Assembly: GCF_028641065.1 (NCBI RefSeq)
Contig: NC_073415.1
Span: forward strand, 9,238,001-9,302,000
Reading direction: 5' to 3'
Source: Leucoraja erinacea
Taxonomy: Eukaryota
DNA length: 64,000 nucleotides
The notes below the pieces were generated by a model. It saw only the letters and a list, made by a program, of their open reading frames with translations. It had not been told where the DNA came from and searched no databases. Both the position numbers and the translations under genes were made by a program. Of the stretch, positions 49,862-64,000 are shown one piece after another (positions within the stretch are counted from its first letter, which is position 1; each line of letters opens with the position of its first letter).

Positions 49862-50780
49862 TCAATAGCAAATGTCAACCACACTGGGAGCAGGATTCAA
49901 AACAAGTGGAACATCCTCTGCTCTGAAACCATCATTGTGGATTATATCATACAGGTAATTGCTTTATTGTGACATGGAAAATGTTACACATGCACTTCCC
50001 AGTGTATGTTTCCACATGGCAGCAGAGAGCAAGAACTCTGCTCCGTGGCTTATTTCAGTATCCAGAGATCAGCAAATGCCAGAGGTGCAATTTCACCCAA
50101 TCTCTGTGGTTGAGTGTCACACCAAACAATTTACAAAATATTATATACATTTGCAGAGGATAACATAGCAGTTCATTATACAGTATAGCATGGACAGTCT
50201 GTATTAGGTCTTGCATCCTCCATAACAATGCTCTATAACATCTCAATGTTCCCAGTATTTCCAAGTTTTTTAAAATTGAACTAAGTTTGTACATTTGTTC
50301 CCAGTGCAGTCCGACCAGGAAGACAGTAGGTTTGCAATATCCAAAGGTCAATGAAGACAGAGACAGGAGAGGACGGGGTAGTAACTGCCCAATGATTTGG
50401 CAGCTGGATGGAATGAATTAAGCTCTTAAAAGAAGTTAGGGATAATATTAGGATATGATTGACCAGAAACAGATGGTTCAATACTGAAATCAATATTTCA
50501 AATGTCACGTGTCCTCGGCAGAAGAGCACGAGAGCAGTGGTTGGCCTGATATTTCTTAGAATTATAGTCATACAGTATGGAAATGGGGCCCTTCAGTCCA
50601 ACTTGACTTCACCAGCCAAATGTCCCATCTATACTTGTCCCACCTGCCTGCATCTGACCCATATCCCTCTAAACCTATCCATGTATCTGTCCAAATGTTT
50701 CTTAAAAAAATGTGCTACCAGGTTTTTTAATTCTACTTTGACTTCTCAAATACAAGGTTTTACAGAGGGTACAGAGATTA

Positions 50781-50957
<177 letters not shown>

Positions 50958-51963
50958 TTATAAGCATCTACCCGTGCAAAGGAAGTGACCCCAATCCACA
51001 AAATGCAAGCTGTCCCCACTTCAGCTGTAGAAAATGTTCCCATCATTTCCACATGCTTTCTACATATGAAAACCAGAATCAAGTCTCACGTACATTACTG
51101 CTTAGGTGGCCTGACCAGGACATGGGAACTTGAAGGGTATGGACAATTTGACAATATATCGCAGGTTACATTTGTAACAAAGTTAGATTTAAGCAAATGC
51201 TACAGTAACTCAGCAACATCAGGCAGCAGGAGAAGCAATGTTCAAAGGCACAGGACAAAACTCCATTGCAACTCAAGCAGAGTTGCCAGACTGGATCTTT
51301 CTCCTTTACTTGACTAATTTTACAAACTTTTTGGGTCAGCATTGTACTGCAATGGAACATTCTGGTTACTAGAGTTTAAAAAAAACTGGTTTCTAGAGTA
51401 AAACATCTTCAAAACATCAGCTGGGGTGGATAGCCTTTGCTGTATTAAATGTCTTTGGCCATTTCTTGGTAACAGTAAATTGATTTTAGTAAAGATTGGC
51501 GTCAGTAAGATAAGTCAATACGGCTCATTTATTTGCACTTGAGGAGATGCAAATGCTTCAGCCTTCCTTATGTTTATCACTCAAATGCTGGGCTCTGCTA
51601 TTACTAAGTATGGAATGTTCTTCGAGCCCCCACCTTCCTCCCATTATGATTACACCCAATAAGAATGCAGTTACGAACCACTAATTATGGGGTTGTTTAG
51701 CTATCTACCCAAAGCCGCTCTTGTTGTTTAGCATGGCTGCCACGTCACTTGACAGACCCCTCATTTTAGACGTGTACAATGCAATTGGGAATGCCAGAAT
51801 TAGTACTCATTAAAACAGAGTTGTTGCCCAAACCCGATTGTAATGGTACACCAAAGGATATGTTCTAGACAGAACCAAGTAATCCCACAGGGGTACACTT
51901 GTTATTGCTGGCAATCCAAAACACCTTAAGAATGTCCAACTTTGGGCAGCCCATATTTTTTTA

Positions 51964-52263
<300 letters not shown>

Positions 52264-52660
52264 TCAGGATTACACAGACAGGTTGCAGCCAGAAATTTGT
52301 ATGCTCAATATTTAAGTTACATTGTGGCTGGAATTATTTCTAGTACACCAACTTTGCTCTAACTGTAAATATTTTCCATGGACTGGCTAATGACCAGTAT
52401 ACTGTCTCAATCGCAGAATCCCGAACACACAGAAATCATGATTTCTTTCCCTCTGAACCCCATTCTCCTGCCTTCTCCCCATAACCCCTGACACCTGTAC
52501 AAATCCGCTCTGTAAGACTCGATGGAAATTAGTTCCAGCCTTCAGAATCACTACAAACAGCTCTATAGATCCAAGATGAGGATAGAGATTTTCGATATAG
52601 GCATCTTATTAACACTGCTGTGTTGCATTTTCCAAGCAAGAATACTGCAGACCCAGCTCA

Positions 52661-52945
<285 letters not shown>

Positions 52946-53397
52946 TCACTAGCCACCTGAAAAAAATGTCTGGAAGGGTTATAGATTGAGGTGCCAAATT
53001 CTTAAAACAGGGGAGCATATCGTATATTGGATAACTCCCCCCCCCTCCCCCACAGCCTCCAAGCAGAGCTGGGATCACTCAGCAGGCTCGCTTGCTTACT
53101 GAGACAGCGAAGTTGACTAGCAGCAGCTCTGCTTGCTCACTCTCCCGTCACAACTGTTTTGGTGTTTAAGAAGGAACTGCAGATGCTGGAAAATGGAAGG
53201 TGCACAAAAATGCTGAAGAAACTCAGCTGGTGCAGCAACATCTATGGAGCAAAGGAAATGGGCAACGTTTTGGGCCGAAACCCTTCTTCAGACCATTTTG
53301 GTGATAATCTTCCACACAACCTTTTTTTACTCATTTCCAACATGGTTCTCAAGAATGTTACAAGAAAACTTTCTGTACCTTAACATTTGTATCATAC

Positions 53398-53550
53398 CTT
53401 CAGCGATTGCACCCAAAACCAGAATTCCAGATTCCTTAACAACCCAATCCGGATGGAACAGCAGTCCTTTCAGCAGTGGCAGAAGGTGAGGCAGAAGATC
53501 ATCTCTGAAAACATTGGCCAAGACATCCAGTGCTGCTGCTGAGCATTTCC
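53398..53550 (-). CDS. TNPO2: Transportin-2 coding exon 10
   Basis: 153 nt, [14 protein letters not shown]...[13 protein letters not shown]. Confidence 0.95.
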
Positions 53551-53813
53551 CTAACGTGAAAGAACAAAACCATGAGCACTCGCCCAACATGCACCTCCAT
53601 GCCCCAGACTCACACATGCAACTACTCCAGTGCATACAGAAATATCTTTACTACCCAGAATACCGTTACCCAACCCATCCTGAAGCAACTAATAGTTTAT
53701 ACTGACAACATGGTTCAGTTCTACAATGGAGTGAAAGGCTTTGGGATCTTGACACTGCATCTAGTGCATGGGTAAATGTGCCTTATTAGCAAAGTCACTG
53801 TAGAGAAACATAC

Positions 53814-53973
53814 TCAGGTTCCAGTCAGAGAGAGTGTCATCATCGTCATCGAAGTCCTCATCTTCCTCAGCGGCATCCTCCTCATGCTGCAGGGTAACCG
53901 TACGGGACTTGTGAAAACGTGGCTTTATATCCTGCTCACTGTCTGGGACTGTATCATCCTCTTCTACATCACC
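53814..53973 (-). CDS. TNPO2: Transportin-2 coding exon 9 (acidic H8 loop)
   Basis: 160 nt, [25 protein letters not shown]...[11 protein letters not shown]. Confidence 0.95.
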
Positions 53974-54149
53974 CTAGCAGCAAGTGCAAGGCAGTAGGTT
54001 AATATCAGTCAGAACTAATTTTTAAAATTCTCTGCAGTTCAGAAAAAGTTGTTCTGTGTACTTTTGTAACTGAAAAGGAGATCCATTCGTGCACTGTCAC
54101 AGGTCCAACTCACTCCTCAGAAAGCATTGCAAGAGTTAACAGTGCTCAC

Positions 54150-54210
54150 CTTTAAAAGGATTATATCAATTTCCGAGTATTTCATCCCATTCACTAAAAT
54201 TGGAATCAAC
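54150..54210 (-). CDS. TNPO2: Transportin-2 coding exon 8
   Basis: 61 nt, LIPILVNGMKYSEIDIILLK. Confidence 0.95.
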
Positions 54211-54693
54211 CTACAAGACAAAAGTATCAGCTCGCATTAATATGCAGAATAAACAATCTCCTCCAGTGTCAAGGTATCTGAGAGCCATCTCAGGTACAAC
54301 CCAAAGACTATTTAATTGCCTTCACAAAAGTGGAAACATAACAGGGCCGAAGGAACAATTTAAAACTGATCTGTTGAAAATATTCAGTGCATAATCAATC
54401 CTTGGACAGTCTCCCTATGATGGTGGAAGCAATCAATATTGATTCATACAAGTTATTTCAGAAACAAAAGTTAAAAATCTCATTTAGAACCAATGTAGTC
54501 ATTTGGACAATGATTAAAGTATTTCCAAAATCTCTCCACCAGAGACGGCTTCATTAAACATTCTAATGCAGGTCTAGTGATAAAGATTGCTATGATTAGG
54601 CGACAATAGACCACCAGGCTGCTAGGAGGGGAAATAGTAATCTATCTTTTTAATGCAGAATGCCTTCATGAGCCCCATTCTACAAATGCTTAC

Positions 54694-54812
54694 TGGATCA
54701 AATGTCCTGATAGGGCCTCCTTGCAGATGGGTTGTTCAGCCAACGTCAGCCAGAACTCGCACGCTTCCAGTGCTACATTTTCATCAGTGTCCTGCGTCCT
54801 CTGCAACATGTA
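54694..54812 (-). CDS. TNPO2: Transportin-2 coding exon 7
   Basis: 119 nt, [32 protein letters not shown]. Confidence 0.95.
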
Positions 54813-55789
54813 CTGAAGGTGGGGGAGGGAAGATGGTGGAAGAAAGGAAATGGGTCATTACATGAATTACTGGCAGGATTACAGCAGAGATAAGTTTCTG
54901 GCAATACCCAGAACTCTAGCTTACTCAATTTAGTGTCAAAATAGATAATGACCAGGAGTTAGTGCTTAACCATTAAATTCACCAACCCGCCCCAACAAAG
55001 TAAAAGTCTGGGGGCATTGACCAACTTCTCGCAACTTCCCCAGGACACCAGAATCCAGGTAAACCTGACATAGCGGTACCACCCTTAAACAATCCTGTTA
55101 ATATTCTGAGAATATTGTCCACAATTAACCACGGGTTGAGTATATCCTTGCCCACAATGAACTGTGATAACCAATTCGACACTAACTTTATTGGCAAATA
55201 GCTTGCTTTTCTAATTGTTGCAGGTCTAACAAATCTGAACAATTTTGCTTACAAACTTAAAGGTGCACCCCAGCTGTCAAATGAAATCCACAGGCAAAGA
55301 TCACTACAGATAGGTGATGTAAAGAGTTACATTTTATATAGTTAAATCAGGCAATGACACACACGGTACACAACGTTTACGCAAGGCTGCGTGCTCTTTC
55401 CACTCACGACTGCGGCTAAGTATTGCTCCAATAGTCTATAAACAACACTATGGTTGGCCAAATCCCTGGCGGTGATGAGTCGGCGTATAGGAGAAAGATG
55501 GAATACTTGCTTAAGATGTGCGTAAAAACAACCTCACACTCAGCGCTAATGAGAACAAGGAAGTAATCGCTGACATCAGGAAAGGGAAGTTGGGAGAAGG
55601 GACCAATTTCTATTGCTGGGGGAAGGGCAGGGTGGTGGTGGGGAGAGCAGCTTCAAGATCCGGGAAGTTAACATCTCGGATGACTTGTCCTATGCCCAGC
55701 ATTGAGATGCATTCATGAAGGCAGCGCACCAGCAATGTCCCCAAATACTTTAACAGACGTGCCCTCCCCCCCATCAAAAGTATTTACAT

Positions 55790-56650
55790 GATGGATAGAT
55801 TTTGGATTAGTACAGGTGTCAGAGGTTAGGGGAAGAAGGCAGGAGAATAGGGTTAGAAGGGAGAGATTGCTCAGCCATGATAGAATGGTGGAGCAAAATT
55901 GATGGGCCGAATTCTACTCCTATCACTTATGACTTGAGTACAAGTGGCAACACAGAGTGGTGAAGGAGACATATGGTTGCATTCCATTATCAGTTGAGAC
56001 ATAGTAAAGCAGTTGCGATGTTAAGTTCTATTTGTGCAAATAGTTGGATAGGTTTGGGAATAGTGTGTGCAGTTATGATCGCCATGCTTTGGGAAGGATG
56101 AGCTAGAGAGGGTTCTGAAAAGAGTAACAGAAATGTTACCTGAAATGGAGGGATTGAGCTAGCGGGAGTGACTGGGGAGGATTTTTCACACAGAGAGTGG
56201 TGAATCTCTGGAACTCTCTGCCACAGAGGGTAGTTGAGGCCAGTTCATTGGCTATATTTAAGAGGGAGTTAGATGTGGCCCTTGTGGCTAAGGGGATCAG
56301 GGGGTATGGAGAGAAGGCAGGTACGAGATACTGAGTTGGATGATCAGCCATGATCATATTGAATGGCGGTGCAGGCTCGAAGGGCCGAATGGCCTACTCC
56401 TGCACCTAATTTCTATGTTTCTGTTTTCCCTAGAGCAAAGGAGGCCGAGGGCTGAGGGGTAACCTTCACATATATAGAATCATGAGCATAGCTAGCCAAT
56501 TTTGTTTCCAGGGTAAGGGAGTCTAAAACTCAAAAGCATGGGGTTATGGTGAGAGGGGAAAGAATGCCCCCTACAGAGGTTGGTGGATACACGGAACAAA
56601 TTGCCAGAGGTGCTGGAAAAAATAAATTGGACAGGTACATGGACAGGGGG
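55790..56650 (+). mobile_element. Cluster of nested CR1 fragments
   Basis: 56181-56422 is nearly identical to 9632-9875 and lies within an older CR1. Confidence 0.8.
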
Positions 56651-56799
56651 GGGGGGGGGGGATTTATCAGGATGTGGTGCAAACGTAGCTAAACTGGATA
56701 AGCATTGGGGATGACTTGGGCCAGAGGCCCTATCAGTCTAATGAAGTGTGTGCATCGGACATGAGGTTGTGTGTACTTGCATCACCGCAGATATCTTAC

Positions 56800-56922
56800 C
56801 TGGATTATACTGTGCATGTGTGGGATAAGCCGATCTATCCGAACTTCCAGCAGCATCACCAGTGCCCGACACACATTTTTTCTCACCTCCGAATCCTCAT
56901 CCGTCGCTAATGCAAATAGGTG
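56800..56922 (-). CDS. TNPO2: Transportin-2 coding exon 6
   Basis: 123 nt, [41 protein letters not shown]. Confidence 0.95.
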
Positions 56923-58394
56923 CTGCAGGAAATGAGTAACATCATCACCCAATCGCAAGGCACACTGTACAATAAATGCTACATTTAAACGCTAAGTGAA
57001 TCCAAGTATTTATCTTGCTACTGACTAGGTCCACTAGCTAGCCGAGTGGCTACTGCCTTTTATACACATCCAATGAACTCTCCCCAAGTGAAAGGTCGGC
57101 TATTAATACATACACTGACCTTGACACTTAAGCAGGCTGATTTCCAGCCACAGGCAAGCTACCCAATATGGTGACTATTCAAAAATGGAAGGCATCACCT
57201 GGGAGAGAAAATTAAATCTTAAAAAAGATTTAAATACAATTCGAAGCGCAAGAAGCAGGTCATTTTTAATGTAGTACAAAAGGCTGGTAAGTAAAATTGC
57301 AGCAATAAGATTGAAGGGATACAGAAGCATAAATAAAGCCAGATAGCGAGCAGTAAATGGTCATGCTTCAGAGCGGAGGATGGTAGGTGGTAATACTCAG
57401 GGCGGGTGATGGGACTATTTTTTTTCAATGAACGACTGAAACATAAGAATGTACGGTAAAATTCCAACATTTTCAGATGGCAAAACTTGGAAGTTTGGTA
57501 CAGGCAGAATGATGGTACAGGCCTGCGGGAAAGCATGAAAAGACAACTGAAATTTTAATGAGATGTACTTCCATAGATTAGATGAATTTTCAAATGGGAT
57601 AGTTTTACTGAGTGACAGGACTGAAGAACCCGAGTAGACATAGACCCATGGCAGAATCAGAGACAAATAACAGAATCTACCTTAAAAAGAAATTAGATCC
57701 ACACAAAGAATGGGACTGACGGCATTGCCCTGATAGCTGGCTCAGACTTGCCATAATTCCAACCAAAGCTCTTTGAGCAGAAAAAACTTTCAAATAACGA
57801 ATTAAAAATAATTTTGAAAATCTAAAATGTCCCTCTAATTGTCATAAAAAAAGTACCAAAGTCAGCCAGCACTTACTACATTTAAAGAGTTGTGCAATTC
57901 TACCAGCCCTCACCACCAAGAGCTTACATCATTTTGGTCTGATCACAATGGAGAAGTACAGTGTCAGAAGCAAAGAGATTCAATAAAGGTACAATACAGA
58001 GTGCCAGGCTGCTCATTTCCTATAATAATTATCACCTAAATAAAGGACTTCATATCAATGGAAACCAAGAAATCAATTGCCAACATCGTTCCCTTGTTTT
58101 CTGAAGGCAATACAGCTTTAACACCTCCAATTTGAGCTCTTCAATGTCTCCTTCCTCAACCACTTAATAAAAATCCTCAAGGCCCAATTGCTCACACTAT
58201 GGCTAGCAAATGTGACGGGCAGACTGCCAATGCACAATTTTCAGTAGTATGCAATGGGAGCAGGATCTCTGGCTGTACCCTCTCTGCAATTCAGGAATTC
58301 CCACTGCTACACTGGTTAGGATTGTAGCTGGGGATTTTCAAACGGGTGGGATCATGGCCATCAACCCTACCATTCATGCACTTAAACCACATAC

Positions 58395-58476
58395 CTCAAT
58401 GAAAGTATCGACATTGTCCATAAGTGCCTGGGCCCTGCCGATTATGAACTGATTCACACAAGCAATTGCGTGGGAT
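58395..58476 (-). CDS. TNPO2: Transportin-2 coding exon 5
   Basis: 82 nt, [27 protein letters not shown]. Confidence 0.95.
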
Positions 58477-58568
58477 CTGCGAGACAAAGGAACACACACT
58501 TCTGAATACTAAATCCAGGACACATTGATTTCTTACACAACTGACCACCAGGGTTAAATAAATTCTTA

Positions 58569-58946
<378 letters not shown>

Positions 58947-60390
58947 TCAACAAGATCACAACTGATCTCAACTCCACATCCCAACTTACCCACAATAACC
59001 TTTCAGTACAATAAGAGGGAAGCACTTGAATGGGATTTAGCCAAAGGGTTAACACAGAGGAATTGTGGACACAAAGCAGTCTGACCTCTTGCAATATATT
59101 GTCTGTTAGTACTTCCATAGACTGCTCACCATGTTTTCCATTATATCTTAACACCGGGACCATTAATACACCAAAAGCTATTTTAAAGAAGTGACCCCAA
59201 TCTGGGGACTTTGCATTGGGCAAAGTTACAAAAATCCATTCAAGCCTTGTGTAACCAAAGCAAAATATACCCATTTGAAAGACTGACAATAATGTTATGG
59301 GTCTGCAACTTGACCAAGGGTGGCCTACTGATCTTTGCCAAGTAATTGAAATGAAACTGACCCCTGGAGTACTAGCTATTTAAGGAACTAATTATACACT
59401 TGAATACATGCCAACCTACTACTGCAGAAGAGTAAAAAACAATGTTATCATGTAGATTCATACGATTGATCAATAATTAACCACAGGAAGAAGGTACGTG
59501 TTATGACAGGAGTAAAAGGAACTGTGCTCATTTCAATTGCGGAAAGATAATTTGGAACATAAACTCATGGCTCATTCAGTTACCTCGCATAATTTCACTA
59601 ATTTCCCATCATATGCCAAAGTTATTAACTCTTTGTACAGTCACAAATTTTTGTAGTTCTGCCGTTTTATGTGAAATTTGGAACATTAGTTCTATTTCAT
59701 AGCCTGGTAGATGTGATTAATCAGCCAGGCAGGAGACATTTCCTTTATCAATTATGTATATCATGCTTGTGTAGGGAGGAACTGAAAAAGCTTGTTTAAA
59801 CCAATGACAGCCACAAAAGGCTGGAGTAACTCAGCAGTTCAGACAGCATCTCCAGCGAAAAGGATTTGGTGACGTTTCGGGTCTGAAGAGGGGTCTCGAC
59901 CCAAAACGTCATCTATTCCTTTTCTCCATAGATGCTGCCTGACCCGCCGAGTTACTCCAGCATTTTATGTATAACACAACAGTTCTGCTGTAGAAAGCTT
60001 ACAGATACTGTGCGTGGTACATTGTGTCACATTGAAGCCGCAAAGTCAAAATTATAAGTGAATGGAAATTGTGCAATACGGACAAAACACCTTTTAATCC
60101 AGATAGCAATGCTAAAATGCAGCTTGTGACAACTATCCTGACATAAACATGCCAAAAGTGTAGGCTTTCGTACATCAGTTGAACATCAGGAATCAGACTG
60201 AGCAAGAGGGTGAACAAAATAAACTACATAATTCCTTCTGAAAATGGCAATAGTGCAAATTCACTGGGAGTTGCTGACATAAAGACAGAGGATGATTTAT
60301 TACATTTGAGCACTTTATGTGCAATAGTTATTGGGAGCAGGAGAACAACACTACTAGTGCCCAAACTGCTGGTCAGGTTAGTTAAGTTAC

Positions 60391-60540
60391 CTATAGTTGC
60401 TCGGATGAGTGGAGAGGCATCTCCAATGTTATTTAAACACTCCTGTTTGATGAACTCGGCAACTCCCTGGGGGAAACTCTGATAGTGAGCCTTCACATTG
60501 TTCTTGAGAATGAGGCCACTGAGGGACCGAGTCGGTTCAT
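60391..60540 (-). CDS. TNPO2: Transportin-2 coding exon 3
   Basis: 150 nt, [23 protein letters not shown]...LIRATI. Confidence 0.95.
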
Positions 60541-60847
60541 CTGAAAGCGGAGAAACAACAAAATGTCATTTGATGAAATTGCCCTGAATAAAGCACCACA
60601 GCACACAACAGTATCCCCCCCCCGCCGATGTTGAGCGTCTACCACTCTCAACAATCAACGAATGTCGTGAAATGCTCCCCACCTATTGGCACAAGGGACT
60701 TCTTAACATCTTGTCCTGTGTATTTGATTCTATCAAGCAGCGACTAGTTTCTAAGTCACATCTTGAGGATTCAGCCATGCTCCGCCAAACAGGGACACAA
60801 AGTGGAAATAAAAACATTTTTCTTACAGAATAGATAACTTTTTATTA

Positions 60848-61006
<159 letters not shown>

Positions 61007-61509
61007 TTACAGATGGTGCAATGAAAAATAACTCTAGAATACTACCTAAAATCCCCAGTCTTTTGGGAAGGGAAGCCTGTTTCTAGTAACTTTTATAATG
61101 CTCCTTTATTCCCTGGAATTTAAATGCATTTAATCATAATGATACACCATTTAACTATATCCAACAGAAATTAAACAAATCTTAAAACAAATTTAAGATT
61201 ATCTTCAAACACATTTTGTACCATCACCTCAGATGTAGAGTTCAAGACCATAATCAGATGGTGGATGAACAAAATCTGACACAACCAGAAATTCCTCATT
61301 TGCCGCTCCAATGGCAATAACTTTTATTCATTTGGTCAATTGCACCCACCGACCCAAATACAATTCTCCCCACAGTTCCTGGTATTACCATTTAGAAAAC
61401 ATTCTAATTGGAAATTGGCCCAAGGTGAATGATTTCAAAATGCAATTGTTGTCAACATAGAAATCCCGAGTTTGCCAGCTATTCCCACTAACATAACTGT
61501 TCACAATAA

Positions 61510-61930
61510 CTTGTTCCTACTCAAACTCTGTAACATGGTGCCCAGAACTGAACACAATACTGTGAATGCGGCCTCGCCAATGTCTTATACAACTGCAGCA
61601 TGACCTTCCAACTTCTATACTCTGACTGTTGAAGGCCAATGTGCCAAAAGCCTTTTTGACCACCTGCGTCAGTCAGAGTATAGAAGTTGGAAGGTCATGC
61701 TGCAGTTGTATGACCACCTGCGACTCCACCTTCAAGGAACCATACACCTGCATTCCTCGATCTCTCTGCTCTACAATACTACCCAGACCCCTATCATTCA
61801 CTGTGTAGGCCCTGGCCAGGTTAGACTGGAACAGGTACAGAGAAGATTTACGAGAATGTTGCCAGAACTCGAGGGTCTGGATTATAGGGAGAGGTTGAGC
61901 AGGCTGGGTCTCTAGTCCTTGGAGCACTGA
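61510..61930. mobile_element. CR1 fragments in both orientations with an internal inverted duplication
   Basis: Minus: LGSIVEQRDRGMQVYGSLKVESQV. Plus: LEQVQRRFTRMLPELEGLDYRERLSRLGL. Confidence 0.8.
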
Positions 61931-62164
61931 ATAAACCCGCATTTTTATACATGGCCATTCTTTGTAACAGTCTGGTGAACCAAAGACTACACAAAACACA
62001 GCCGAAAAGAACAATCACACACTAATCCATAAAATTCACTCCAACATTGTAGAATAAACTGATGGACTAGAGACACGAACCATTGCTAGAGTATGGTTGG
62101 GTTTAGACAAGTGAACTGTTGGACAGATTCACTTTATAACATATACATTGAACACAGAGGATAC

Positions 62165-62266
62165 TTGTTGAACTGCCCGTTGCGTTGCTGTGTCTGGCGA
62201 CTGAGAATCTTTGAGCAGCTGTAGTACTTGCTGAAGACCCTGCTCATCAGGTTGCCACTCCATCAT
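62165..62266 (-). CDS. TNPO2: Transportin-2 coding exon 1
   Basis: [34 protein letters not shown], tandem ATGs at 62266 and 62263; acceptor just upstream of 62277, so 5' UTR exon(s) lie further right. Confidence 0.95.
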
Positions 62267-63016
62267 AAACAATAAATCTGCATCAAAGGAGAGAAAGTCA
62301 TGAGACACCTTGGTGAATGAGAACGAATTAGGTTTAGTTATGCCAGTTGACAGAATACCTTGCAGAGCATCAGTTTTTAACTGTATAACTTTCACAGAGG
62401 AAAATCAAATTGGACAACAGAGAAACAAAACACAGCCAAAGGTGTTCTTTGACTGCTGAGTTTGAAGGTGCAATGCTGGGAGCAAATAGAATCATCTCAA
62501 ATCAAAAGGGACAAAAACAATCACTCTTAGCCTGCTTAATAGAAAATGCCACAGACACCTTGCACTAATTAAAGGATGCAATTAATATTGGGTGGAAACA
62601 GTCATCACTCAAGGCTCCCCACACTGCTCTTTGTGATTCTCATGTAACCTAATGATTATGTAGCTGAGAATATAGCAGAAGCGTTCAACAAAAACAAAGA
62701 ATATAGATTGCACACGAATCCTTGAAAGCTCAAACAAATGAAAAGCAACTGATAATAAACCAACACCACAGCACTCGAGCCCCCAGAGAAGCTGTGGATT
62801 GCTAAACAAGCTCACTGAAACAGTTTTGATTAATATGTGTAAGAAAGAACTGCAGATACTGGTTTAAATGAAAGGTAGACACAAAATACTGGAGTAACTC
62901 AGCGGGACAGCCAGCATCTCATTCCTTCTTTCCAGAGATGTTGCCTGTCCCACTGAGTTACTCCAGCATTTGTGTCTACTATTAGTTTTGATTGGCTGAT
63001 TGAATGAACTAAAATA

Positions 63017-63322
63017 TACAGCATGGAAACCGACCCCTCAGTCCAACAATGTGCACTGACCATCCATCATCTGTTCATACAATTTCCGTTATTCCACTCT
63101 CACATTCACTCACTACACACTAGGGGCAATTTACAGAGGCCAATTAACCCACCAAGCCGCACGTCTTTGGGATGTGGGAAGAAACTAGAACATGTGGAGC
63201 AAAGCCACACTGTCACAGAGAGGACGCACGAACACCGCAGACAGGGAGACTTTGGTCAATGTGGTTGAACTAGTGCTCCTGGTGCTGTGAGGTAGCAGCA
63301 CCACCAGCTGCACCACCATGCT
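63017..63322 (-). mobile_element. V-SINE (HE1-like), older copy
   Basis: Degenerate head, core and tail. Confidence 0.7.
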
Positions 63323-64000
63323 GCCAGTTTGGGTATGAAATAGCCCTTTCAGAAAAAGTGCCCCAACCACTTCAACCTACAGAAACCATATGGTGTTGGC
63401 CATTAACTGGTGTGGTGTTCGCATCCTGTCAGGATCAAAGAGCTGCACATTATTTGCCATATTTGAAACAATCAGGCATTTTAGCTGTTCCACAGGATGA
63501 CATTGAATAATACATAATGCTGAATGGCTTTAAATGGTTTCAAGGTCGACCATAGTTGACAAGACTACACCAAGCACCTGATCCATTCACAGTATAATCC
63601 CCTCACCCAAGAAGCTGCTACAACGCTCCACACTGGCCTGCAGTTTCTGCTATGCTCCACTGAACGGGGGAGTTCCTGATATCCATCAGTGGAGTTCTGA
63701 ACTTCAGAAGTGAGTGGAATCTGTCTTTAATTATGAGATCCTACCCAAATTAATTTTGCCCTGCAGGCAGATGAAAAATATTGGTCCCAAAAAGCCTATG
63801 AGTTAGCTGTAGCACCAAAGTCTCGGTTTCTAGTTTATTACGGTGTATATATAGCTGGCAGATATGAATGATTAGAGGCTAAACTGAATGATATCAATCC
63901 ATTAGCATTGGATATTGGAAGAATCTGCTACACTGATGAAGAGAAGCTTCTGGCATTGAGGAACCAAGTCTGTAAATCCAGAGAATAACTGCTACAGGTA

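Overview
Vertebrate genomic DNA, most likely from a cartilaginous fish such as a skate or ray. This is inferred from the HE1-type V-SINEs, HER1/CR1 LINE ends and Penelope-derived foldback repeats. The window holds the gene block DHPS(-) / G-protein gamma, GNG14 position (+) / FBXW9(-) / TNPO2(-), the same order as human 19p13. DHPS: 5 coding exons, with the 3' part running off the left edge. GNG: 2 coding exons, 72-73 aa, ending in CAAX. FBXW9: 10 coding exons, 470 aa. TNPO2: 21 clean coding exons (850 codons) plus an anomalous last coding exon in which only AFYGV* is recognisable. Main observations: (1) many short Penelope-derived elements carry a minimal hammerhead-ribozyme core (CTGAAGA-stem II-GAAACGTC), several with 14-16 bp target-site duplications and one still joined to a GIY-YIG remnant; (2) three paralogous intronic C/D snoRNAs in TNPO2 share an 18S-complementary guide, and one was copied together with a splice acceptor; (3) TNPO2 has a U12-type donor, a GC-AG intron and a probable precise intron loss; (4) there are several tandem arrays, one built from a LINE 3' end. 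All coordinates were derived by hand, repeat boundaries are approximate, and no database searches were run.
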